Of a stretch of 14,462 nt of DNA, positions 1 to 8,584 are shown piece after piece (position 1 is the first letter of the stretch; every line of letters starts with the position of its first letter). The notes beneath the pieces were generated by a model. The model had not been told where the DNA came from. It ran no database searches and was given only the letters and a program-made list of their open reading frames with translations. Made by a program: the position numbers and the translations under genes. This DNA comes from an uncultured Nitrososphaeraceae archaeon (GTDB taxonomy: Archaea; Thermoproteota; Nitrososphaeria; Nitrososphaerales; Nitrososphaeraceae). Location: contig CAWIMJ010000042.1 of assembly GCA_963837175.1 (NCBI GenBank), forward strand, positions 1-14,462, in the 5' to 3' direction.

Positions 1-512
1 TAAATCGAATGATATCTTAACAATGGTCTATGCTTGGCTATTTGTTTTTGATATATCGGTTAGTAGTAATACTTGCTATACGTCATAAGAGAATTCTGGA
101 TTACATTTCTGCATTGTATCCTCTACAAAATGGTAGCTACTATAATTTCTCACCTACAAGAACAATCTATGGTCAATATTTACTTAGATGGAGTTCATAT
201 TTATCTTTCTAATTATGACGTTCGGTCGATTTATCTTGTCTATTTCCATCCCACAAAAGCATGAAAACTGGCAGCTACAAATCATTCATTTTAGTTAGAG
301 ATATCAATTATCTCCTATTATTCCTATTAGAATTTAGAAGCTTCTGAAAAACTATTGCTCTAATGAGGTAAAAGGTTGCAGAAGATATAGTTGCCTTAAT
401 TGTAACACTTTCTTAAATGTAACAAGTTTCTCTACCGTTCAAAATTATGTTAACTATCAGAGAGAGCCAGAACTGAACAAGATCTAATGTATTATAGTTA
501 AGAGTGATTCAC

Positions 513-1304
513 TTAAGGGACTACCTTAATATTCCACTTAGCAACGTCATCTTCAACAGGTTGATTAGCTTGAAGGGGTTGTCGTATCACATGCAATTCT
601 ATCGTATGATCTCCAACTGGCAGCGGTTTAAAGAACAGATAATAATGTTCAGCCATTGACGTATTGTTTTTACCAACAACAGGAGCGCTATACTCGTAAG
701 CATTATCTGGAGGTATATTAAGATTGAATGGTTTAGAAGTAGTTTGACGGACAATATTAGATGAAACATCCTGGCCGTCAACCTTGACTTGCATCAATTT
801 AATATTTTTGTTTGAATCTTGTGCGCAATTTAAAAGATCAGCAGGGGACTTTGTATCCGGATACTCGCCTTCATTGGGTTTTGATCCTGTAGAACATTCA
901 CCGGGATATACAGTCAAGTAGAGTAGTTGACTAGAAGATATTTCACATTTTTGGTTTCTTGCATTCACATTTTTTGATACTGCACTGGCCGGGTCTCCCG
1001 TAAAGACTACCGATTGGTTATTACCTATGATTCCACCATCTCCCTTATGACAGTCAGGCCAATTTTTTTGAGTAGTACTAGGTATAGCAAACTGCCAATT
1101 CCACCATTTTGCTATTAGAGGTTCAAGCGATTTAACTCCAGCTGGCGGAGAATTAGGAGAATAAAAATCAATACCAGATGGAATAGCATATAAGTTCTTT
1201 GAAGGACTACTACTAGTAATAATAAGGATGGTTGTCATTAATAGAGTTAAGAATATTATCTTCCGAATATCTACTCTTATGCTATAAAGAGATGATGTAT
1301 GCAT
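513..1304 (-). CDS. Exported/secreted protein of unknown function (WW-W..IP / KPLP.G.H.I family)
   Basis: 263-aa ORF. Basic then hydrophobic N-terminus (RKIIFLTLLMTTILII) ending LYA suggests a signal peptide. Motifs AKWWNWQFAIP, VKVDG and YYLFFKPLPVGDHTIELH plus 4 Cys resemble an uncharacterised exported family I recall from Nitrososphaeraceae. Confidence 0.8.
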   Translation of the reverse strand: MHTSSLYSIRVDIRKIIFLTLLMTTILIITSSSPSKNLYAIPSGIDFYSPNSPPAGVKSLEPLIAKWWNWQFAIPSTTQKNWPDCHKGDGGIIGNNQSVVFTGDPASAVSKNVNARNQKCEISSSQLLYLTVYPGECSTGSKPNEGEYPDTKSPADLLNCAQDSNKNIKLMQVKVDGQDVSSNIVRQTTSKPFNLNIPPDNAYEYSAPVVGKNNTSMAEHYYLFFKPLPVGDHTIELHVIRQPLQANQPVEDDVAKWNIKVVP

Positions 1305-1337
1305 CAGTTTAATACTATTGAGGTTTGGAAACTAATT

Positions 1338-1351
1338 GATATAAGCCTTTT
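1338..1351 (-). promoter_or_regulatory. Putative BRE/TATA box for the exported protein gene
   Basis: Minus strand reads AAAAGGCTTATATC about 33 nt upstream of the ATG at 1304. Confidence 0.5.
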
Positions 1352-1580
1352 GTAACTAACTCTAGGACTAAATAATATGAGATAATATTTGTTAATTTAT
1401 GGCGGTAATTTGCCAGCATTGAAGGTTGGAGATAATTTCATTCTTAGCAGATTGATTGTAGTCACAATCATATAAGACCTGATTGAACAGAATTTTCATA
1501 TGTTCCAGCTATTGAAAATATTAACTCATAGGTTGGCGTTTTATTCGTAATGTTACTTAGAATATTTACCAATTTCAGCA

Positions 1581-2942
1581 TTATCGATGACCTGGTTTAA
1601 TGCGTGATCCCTTATGTATCTCATTCAATACCTCCTCTATCATTAGTTTTACATCTTCTTCATCAGGATCTGGATACATAAGGTTTCTCATCTCATCCGA
1701 CAATTTGATTTTGTTGGCAAGTGATAGCACCTTCTTTTCTATTTGTCGTTGGGTTTCTGCCATTCCTATCTTCTTCAAGACATCAGCATCAACTTCTAAG
1801 CCTCTATAGATCTCTCGTCGTAATTCAATATCTCTAGAAACATATGCTGCACATCCTAGCATTCCAACAAGAAGCATATATGATGATAGTCCTAGGAACA
1901 AAAGTGTGACAAGTCCAAATGGGGGATAAACCGCATAGAATGGCATTCCTGGTTGCATTGAACAAAATAATGAGACGATACCTATGGAAGAAATTATCAA
2001 ATAGTTTTTCATGCTTTTTCGTTTCATTTTTCTTCCAATACTCAAGAAGGCAATAGCGAAAAATAACCCGGCTACTTGAAAGCTAATTCCGAAGATGACC
2101 TGGAATTGCTGGGAGTATATAATTTGAACTAGGGTAGGATCAGTTACTAAGTTTGTATCTCTTACGATAAATGAGAAAAGTTGGTAGAGTAATGGAATGC
2201 TAACTATTAGCCAGAATCTCTTCTTGCCAATTCTGTTTGCATAGGGTTTAAGTAACAAAACTGTGAGGATCCATGAAGGTATTATCATCATAGGTAAAAC
2301 ATAATTTCCCAATCCGTAAATGAATGCAATATCACGGGAAGGAACAATTACGGTGGTAATTAGAGATGTATAATCTCTGGGGTATATCAACTGGGACTGA
2401 TTCGTAAACTGTTGTGTAAGCAATGGAATCGTGAGTAAAATTAGAAATAGAATCACACTGAAAACAACTCCATAAATTAGGATTGAAAATGATATAGCAA
2501 ATCTAAACCATTGTATGAATCTTAAAGACAAAATTCCAAGTATAATAGCTGACCAAAAATGACTGAGAAAGACTACTAATAATGAGAATATCTTGTTATA
2601 TTCATGGAAAATGAGCATCTCTGAGATCGTGATAAACAATACAAGCGATATAGTGTATTGAACTATGGATGTACCAATATAAGCAACTCTAAACAATAAT
2701 GGTCTACTAGTTGTCGAATAAATATCATTTCTTTTGGTGAATAGCAGCAATATGGTATTAATTATTGAAGCAACAATAACAAATGATGCAAACAATAACA
2801 AATGCAAATTGCCAGGAGTCCCTAAATCAGTTCCATAGAAAATGTTAATGAACTGAGAGTCCACTATAGTAACAACAACCATAAGTAAAATTAGTACAAG
2901 TGCATCTTTGCTACCACTTAATACACTAACTATAGAGAGCAT
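1581..2942 (-). CDS. Polytopic membrane protein of unknown function (~10 TM helices, charged helical C-terminal tail)
   Basis: 453-aa ORF. About 10 hydrophobic segments counted by eye, a YPPFGL motif before the last TM, and an ~85-aa charged tail (ELRREIY...IGMAETQRQIEKKV...EEDVKLMIEEVLNEI). Confidence 0.85.
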   Translation of the reverse strand: MLSIVSVLSGSKDALVLILLMVVVTIVDSQFINIFYGTDLGTPGNLHLLLFASFVIVASIINTILLLFTKRNDIYSTTSRPLLFRVAYIGTSIVQYTISLVLFITISEMLIFHEYNKIFSLLVVFLSHFWSAIILGILSLRFIQWFRFAISFSILIYGVVFSVILFLILLTIPLLTQQFTNQSQLIYPRDYTSLITTVIVPSRDIAFIYGLGNYVLPMMIIPSWILTVLLLKPYANRIGKKRFWLIVSIPLLYQLFSFIVRDTNLVTDPTLVQIIYSQQFQVIFGISFQVAGLFFAIAFLSIGRKMKRKSMKNYLIISSIGIVSLFCSMQPGMPFYAVYPPFGLVTLLFLGLSSYMLLVGMLGCAAYVSRDIELRREIYRGLEVDADVLKKIGMAETQRQIEKKVLSLANKIKLSDEMRNLMYPDPDEEDVKLMIEEVLNEIHKGSRIKPGHR

Positions 2943-2972
2943 AATCTTGGGTCACACTCTATATGTCCCGTC

Positions 2973-2980
2973 ATATAAGC
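2973..2980 (-). promoter_or_regulatory. Putative TATA box for the membrane protein gene
   Basis: Minus strand GCTTATAT 30 nt upstream of the ATG at 2942. The same 8-mer precedes the exported protein gene. Confidence 0.5.
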
Positions 2981-3149
2981 AATGAGATGATAACTGAACC
3001 CTTCATATTAAAGATCTCTTAATGCCAGGATCGCTCTTATTGACTAAATGTTTCAGCGAGCTTACTGCTAACTAGCATTTATAAAATATACATTCATACT
3101 TTCTAATTCTCTCCCCGATGATAATAGTGTCCTAAAGTACTTTGAAAGG

Positions 3150-3260
3150 TCAGATGAATAATAGATTTGTAGTTTGCCCACATTGTAATATTATGACTGC
3201 AATTATCACAATCAACGCTATCACTCCAACTATTATTGCTCCAATATTTGCTGTAACCAA
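3150..3260 (-). CDS. Possible small single-pass membrane protein (36 aa), below the ORF-track cut-off
   Basis: TTG at 3260 gives MVTANIGAIIVGVIALIVIIAVIILQCGQTTNLLFI*, with a ~20-residue hydrophobic run. GAGGA lies just upstream and a TATA-like CTTAAAA is at 3291-3297. Confidence 0.4.
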   Translation of the reverse strand: MVTANIGAIIVGVIALIVIIAVIILQCGQTTNLLFI

Positions 3261-3436
3261 ATTTTCCTCTGATAGGTACAGAGGGAATAGTTTTAAGCAG
3301 TTTCATAGAAATTCATCTAACATTTTTGCAAGAGAATAGTTTGAATATTGCTTTTGCCCTTCTATTGCTTTGTAATCACATAAGTTGAGTTAATTGTATT
3401 ATGTAATTAATCTTTGTTTCCAATACTTTACCTTTT

Positions 3437-3881
3437 TTATATAAAGCGAAAATCTTCTTTTACTGTTATTAGCACTATATGAGTATTTGTTCTTTCAATA
3501 GACGGTGACAATAGATCTTTTTTTACAAAATTACTAAGCTCCTTTCGATTTCTAAATTTTGCAATTATTAACATATCAGTTAAACCAGTAATGTCATATA
3601 CTGCACAGACATTGGGAAACTTTGATACATGCTTTTCTACGTCTGTTATCTTACCTTTAACAGCTGTCACTTCAATGATAGCGGTCAAATCATAACCTAT
3701 TTTTTCATGATCCAGTATTGCTGAATAAAACTTTATAATGTTGTCTCTCTCTAACTTTTCTACTCTGCTCAGTACCTGTAGGAGGAGAGACGTTTATTTC
3801 TTCAGCTATTGTGCGATACGATAGTCTGGCATGAGAAAGCAACTTTTTAATTATCTTAACATCTGTTTCATCCAAAGTCAT
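3437..3881 (-). CDS. Lrp/AsnC family transcriptional regulator with a +1 frameshift at 3775-3776 (likely sequencing error, otherwise a pseudogene)
   Basis: ATG at 3881 gives an HTH start MTLDETDVKIIKKLLSHARLSYRTIAEEINVSPPT. Removing one base at 3775-3776 continues VLSRVEKLERDNIIKFYSAILDHEKIGYDLTAIIEV into the 83-aa ORF (RAM domain, VYDITGLTDMLIIAKF). Restored length 147 aa. Confidence 0.9.
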
Positions 3882-3936
3882 TATATCTTTTATTATCTAA
3901 CATATTAAAAGAATCAACTAGATATATTTATCATAT

Positions 3937-3957
3937 ATTAACAAAAAGAATGTTAAT
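3937..3957. promoter_or_regulatory. Inverted repeat ATTAACA-N7-TGTTAAT, candidate operator between lrp and glnA
   Basis: Perfect 7-bp arms at 3937-3943 and 3951-3957, next to a TATA-like TTTTTATG about 25-30 nt upstream of the glnA ATG. Confidence 0.45.
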
Positions 3958-3990
3958 CTTTTTATGTTACAAATGATTTATATCTGATAA

Positions 3991-5482
3991 ATGTCGTTAG
4001 GAGATAAGTCTACGTTAGAATTTGATCGTGCTCTAAATAATAATCATAATACTAATAACACTAATAATAATGGTACAAAATTGCAAGATATTGAATTCAT
4101 TCAAATAAGATATACAGATATTCCAGGAAAATTTCTTGCCAAGTATTATCTTTTAAAGGACAATGAACATTTCTATGACGTCTGTAGAAGTGGCATTGGG
4201 CTTGATGGATCATCTGTAAAGGGTTTTGCAAGTATAGATGAATCTGATTTATTACTCATACCAGATCGACTAACTGCAACGATAACTCCAATATCGAGTT
4301 ACAAGACAGTTACAGTCATTGCAGATGTTCATAGAGGTTTTGGGCAAGGTAGATTGACCAAGGACCCTAGGTATATATCTCAGCGTATGGAAGAATATCT
4401 GGCAGAGAATAATCTCTTCTGTCAAGTCGGAGCTGAAGTCGAATGCTTTATCTTCGATGACATAGTATTCAATAATAATAATTCGGACAAAGACCATGAA
4501 CTTAAAATAATATCTACAGAGCAATATGGAACTGGCAAGTATCCAATCCGCACGAAAGGAGGATACGACGCACCTCCGTTTCAAGATTCTCTTGTCGAAT
4601 TCAGATTCAAGGTTGCAGATATATTAAAAAAATACTATTCTATTAATGCCACAAATCTAAATCACGAAGTAGCAAGCAATGGCCAGATAGAAATTAACTT
4701 TATGCATAATACGCTTACAAAAACTGCAGACAACGTTCAGACATACAAAGATGTAGTAAGAAATGTAGCAAAACAGGATAATAAGATAGCAAACTTTATG
4801 CCTAAACCAATATTTGATAAAAAGAATCCAAGAAATAGCGATAATGGTTCAGGTATGCATGTTAGTATCAGTTTATGGAGCAAGTCAGCAGGTAGTAAAA
4901 ATATTTTCTACGATGAGACTGACAATTATGCGGAACTTAGTCAGACAGGAAGATACTTTATAGGTGGGATGTTAGATCATGCATCATCCTTAGCTGCAGT
5001 TGTAGCACCGACAGTAAATTCTTATCATCGAATGGTTCCAGGCTTTGAAGCTCCTGTATACATAGCTTGGTCAAGAGGAAATAGGTCTGCGGTTATACGG
5101 GTACCTGTTAACGAAAAGAATAATGCTAAATCAAAACGTATTGAATTTAGAGCGCCCGATCCCTCTGCCAATCCTTATCTGGCATTTTCAGCAATAGTAG
5201 CTGCAGGACTTGATGGTATCAAGAAGAAGATAGATCCTGGTGATCCTATTAGCGAGAATATTTATAAAATGTCTGATTCTATGAGAAATAGCTTGGCAAT
5301 AAAGTCTCTTCCAGGCAGGCTTGGAAGAATCACTTGAAGCATTGAAAAATGATTCAGACTATCTTAAAATATGCTTTAACAACGAACTTATAGATACTTA
5401 TATGGCTCTTAAACATGAGGAGATAATCGAAGCTGGAGAAAGAACAAAAATTCGCCAGTTTATGCTTTATCATGATGTATAA
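3991..5482 (+). CDS. glnA: Glutamine synthetase type I with a +1 frameshift at 5318-5319
   Basis: GS motifs DGSSVKGF, GAEVECFIFD, KGGY, HEVASNGQIEI, FMPKP, DNGSGMHV, NSYHRMVPGFEAP, NRSAVIRVP and RIEFRAPDPSANPYLA. Removing one G at 5318-5319 restores the typical C-terminus LPGSLEESLEALKNDSDYL...QFMLYHDV* ending at 5482 (496 aa). Confidence 0.96.
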
Positions 5483-5768
5483 GAAGATATATGTGTGAAT
5501 AAGAAAAGGAAAATAAGCCAAAAAAAATTAGACCCTAATAAATTAAGGAACAAAGCAGATGGTGTAATAGTTGGTTGGATTTTATTGCAAACTTATTTTG
5601 TGCCACAAACGGGGGAGGGATAACTCATGAAGAAGTGGCAATAGCGACAATAACACTGCGTGATAGTCATATATTGCTATTGATTATAGTATATTTTGTT
5701 CGTCCTATATTTAATATAATATTAAAAATAGTAAAAGTAAGATAATTTATCGTTTAAAGTGACTTTTT

Positions 5769-6002
5769 CTAAATAGTGGGCTTTCTTTCTTTCTTGCCTG
5801 CTTTGTCTCTTATCATATCTGTAGTTGAAGAACCTACTGCAAACACATATCTTATTCCCTGAGCTTTTAATTCATCACTTAGCATTGCATTCATTCTTTC
5901 CACATCTTTTCTAATCTTTTCCTCGGCGTATTTGTTAGTTCTCGCAACAATATATTGAAAGTCATCACCAGCATAACGGTGTATCTCAAAACTATTAGCC
6001 AT
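5769..6002 (-). CDS. Small hypothetical protein (77 aa)
   Basis: ATG-started ORF with protein-like composition (FEIHRY..., helical EEKIRKDVERMNAML, GIRYVFAV), co-directional with the upstream peptidase. Confidence 0.7.
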   Translation of the reverse strand: MANSFEIHRYAGDDFQYIVARTNKYAEEKIRKDVERMNAMLSDELKAQGIRYVFAVGSSTTDMIRDKAGKKERKPTI

Positions 6003-6237
6003 ATTAATTCATTATCATCCTCAGATTTGCAATAATTTCCTGAATAAAAGTAAACTTATTGGTTAACAAATATATTCAACTGAATGAAGAAATCTCGTTT
6101 CTTTTAAATATGTTACAGGAGTGGAGAGAGAAGAGGATCAATCTGCAAATAGGAAAAATTAGACATAATTTGAAAATGAATATTCTACGTACTTACAACA
6201 GCGGGAGAGAGAAAGACGACTTTGATAGTAATGGATT

Positions 6238-6960
6238 TTAATAATACCCTGCTATTTTTATTAAAGGACCATATCGGTTCAACCATTCCCTATATTTTTT
6301 GTATTCAGGATAGGCTGAACCTACAAGACTCCAGAACTTCTTTGAGTGATTGAGCTCTACCAAATGAATTAGTTCATGAGTAATTACATAATCTATTACC
6401 TTTATTGGAACAGCAGCTAAAAGTAAATTAAAATTTAAATTCCTGTTTTTGGAACAGCTACCCCATCTAGATGTCTGACTTTTGATTGAAACTTTGTTAT
6501 AATGTAGGTCGAGTTTATTACTGATTACAGGAAGACGCTCGGCTACTATCTGAGCAGTTTGTCTTCGATACCATTCTTTGATATCGTATTTATATTTGCG
6601 CCTATCAGTTACATGAAATGTAATTACCTTCAAATTATCTGAGAGTACAGTAGATGACGATGTATCCTTGACTATTTGAAGACGATATATTGCGCCAAGA
6701 AAAGAAATTGTGTTTGTCGCAAGGTTTCCTTCGCCATATCCTTCTCGTAATTTCCTATAATATTCAGATGTTTTAAGAATCCACTTCTTTTTGCTCTCAA
6801 TAAAATTATGAATCTTTTCGATACTATAGTCTAATGGAACTACAGCGTATAGTCCGTAAACATCTGCTTTTAGCCACAGATGCTTTACTCTTTTATTCTT
6901 TTTTATTTTTACATCTAAAACCTTACCATCTGAGAGAGAAATTGGAATAGACATATACAT
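6238..6960 (-). CDS. YgjP/DUF45 (SprT-like) zinc metallopeptidase/hydrolase
   Basis: 240 aa with family motifs FIESKKKWI, IKSQTSRWGSCS, LNFNLLL, IDYVITHELIHLVELNHSKKFW (HExxH) and YPEYK...WL. TATA-like TTTAATAA at 6992-6999 on the minus strand. Confidence 0.92.
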   Translation of the reverse strand: MYMSIPISLSDGKVLDVKIKKNKRVKHLWLKADVYGLYAVVPLDYSIEKIHNFIESKKKWILKTSEYYRKLREGYGEGNLATNTISFLGAIYRLQIVKDTSSSTVLSDNLKVITFHVTDRRKYKYDIKEWYRRQTAQIVAERLPVISNKLDLHYNKVSIKSQTSRWGSCSKNRNLNFNLLLAAVPIKVIDYVITHELIHLVELNHSKKFWSLVGSAYPEYKKYREWLNRYGPLIKIAGYY

Positions 6961-7114
6961 GGATATAATGACATTATTCCATTCCTTACAGTTATTAAAG
7001 AATCTTTTGCAACTTATTATAATTGCTATATATCTTCTAAATTATTAATTTTTTGCCAATGCCAATTATAATAATTAAGAATAATAACGCATCAGATTAG
7101 AGTTGAAGAGAGAG

Positions 7115-7129
7115 TTGACTTGACTTGAC
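7115..7129 (+). repeat. (TTGAC)3 microsatellite
   Basis: Three perfect tandem pentamers in intergenic DNA. Confidence 0.6.
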
Positions 7130-7711
7130 TGATGCACTAGATTCTAGCATAATTCAAAATGCCACAGAACCATGATATTATAAAACATCAATTAGTGATA
7201 AACCTATAATATCAATGCCACTAATTCCAGTGCCTATCGCCGGTTTTACAAGACAAGTAAGCTCGATACTTGATAAAATGTGTCTACTGAAAGATTCAAC
7301 ATTCCAGTTTTCAAGGAGGATCAAGGCAATCGATATTATAGCTTGTTTAATCCGTTTGTTGACTATTACAATAAAAGAGAGTTTTAAGTTTTGAGCCATA
7401 AAGTGTACTTAAATTTTCTTCAATCAGTATCATTGGTTGTTATAGATTTGATAGAATATATTGTAGAGTTTTTTGTATCCTGCATTTCAGAGTAGCAATC
7501 TGGCTATCTCATAGTCTTGTCAAGGATCGTTAATACAACCTTGAATAATGAGTCATAAGTATTATCCAAATCTTCTAATGTGTTACCATTTTGGAATCCT
7601 TAGTTATCGCCTTTAGAAGTTGATCGGCAATGGAAGATATATCTTTATCTTGGTAACAGGCAGGTTTCAAATATCTGACGAAAATAAGCCATACTAGCTG
7701 AAAGTGGATGG

Positions 7712-8584
7712 TCATAATGGAATGTTGGTAATAGCCAGTGCATAGAAATGCACAGATCCTTCTATGTTAATTTTAAAAATTGCAAATGTTGCATTCCGTA
7801 CTTTGCGCATGAAATCAATGAACTCGTTCTCAGATAGAAGGATATGGCTATTTTTTACTGCTCGAATAGGCCAGTAGTTGTTATTGTTATTATTATTATT
7901 ATCATTTGTAAGTGTTAAATCAATATAATTTTGACCAATATTTTTTTCTATTTCTTCTTGGTTGGGAAGTTTTGTTGCGAAAAGATAGTTTTGGTTTTTA
8001 GTCCAATTATTTACTAGGATATTCCTTATATCCAAAGGCAATTTCCTTTCCATTTCTTTAAGGCGAAAGCTCTTATCGGTATTATTATACAGAGAAGATT
8101 CTGCTAACTTTTTAGGTTCGCATACATGTTTCCTCTCGGCTATTCCTTTTCCATTAAATGCTGCTAAATGGATCTCCTCTATGTTAGCGTCAAGGCAATT
8201 CTTACACACATGACCTCTGTAGCCAATAATATCATTAGAATCAATTGTGGAAGGCTGAGTGTTGCTAGTACTACTACTACCAGCACTATTATAGCCATAT
8301 TGATTTTGGTTCCAGGTTGGTCTTAGAGGAAAATTCTGATTTACTAATTTTCTAGCTAGCTCTCTATGCACCTCCTCCATGAATATATCAAGAGAATTAG
8401 TTCTTGAATGATAAGTAGGAGCAGAGCTTGGCTGATACATACCTGTCTGTCTTCCTGCCAAGTAATCCGTAAAAGAAACAAATGCTCCGATTCCATTGTG
8501 ACGAATACGTATATGACGCTTGATGTTATATTTTCTACCCGAGGGCTGGCCACAGCTAATGCAGATCCATCTTGGAAATTTCAT
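7712..8584 (-). CDS. Hypothetical protein with an N-terminal C2H2-type zinc finger and a second Cys/His cluster
   Basis: 290 aa. CISC-X12-HIRIRH matches C-X2-C-X12-H-X4-H, followed by FTDYLAGRQTGMYQP. A later HVCKNC...KHVC cluster and a poly-Asn tract are present. Confidence 0.8.
   Translation of the reverse strand: MKFPRWICISCGQPSGRKYNIKRHIRIRHNGIGAFVSFTDYLAGRQTGMYQPSSAPTYHSRTNSLDIFMEEVHRELARKLVNQNFPLRPTWNQNQYGYNSAGSSSTSNTQPSTIDSNDIIGYRGHVCKNCLDANIEEIHLAAFNGKGIAERKHVCEPKKLAESSLYNNTDKSFRLKEMERKLPLDIRNILVNNWTKNQNYLFATKLPNQEEIEKNIGQNYIDLTLTNDNNNNNNNNYWPIRAVKNSHILLSENEFIDFMRKVRNATFAIFKINIEGSVHFYALAITNIPL

Noticed and set aside
30-264. Overlapping 60- and 63-aa plus-strand ORFs
   Set aside because: No recognisable motif and they overlap in different frames. 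Likely spurious or debris.
599-1809. ORFs 599-781 (-) and 1600-1809 (+)
   Set aside because: Alternate-frame or antisense shadows inside longer, well-supported genes.
3142-3339. 65-aa plus-strand ORF containing CPHC
   Set aside because: A single CxxC with no partner pair. It is antisense to the better-supported hydrophobic small ORF.
4270-4584. 104-aa minus-strand ORF
   Set aside because: Antisense shadow of glnA.
5311-5337. Programmed frameshift or genuine C-terminal truncation of GlnA
   Set aside because: No slippery heptamer or obvious stimulatory structure. A one-base error explains it more simply.
5611-5682. G-rich run GGGGGAGGG and a CAATAGC/GCTATTG inverted repeat between convergent genes
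   Set aside because: Too few G-tracts for a quadruplex and only a 7-bp stem with a long loop. Not enough to call an ncRNA or terminator.
6059-6241. 60-aa plus-strand ORF
   Set aside because: Non-ATG start, no motif, and it lies against the orientation of both flanking genes.
7178-7399. 73-aa minus-strand ORF and short plus-strand frames in the 6961-7711 gap
   Set aside because: No recognisable domain. May be debris but cannot be supported from the sequence alone.
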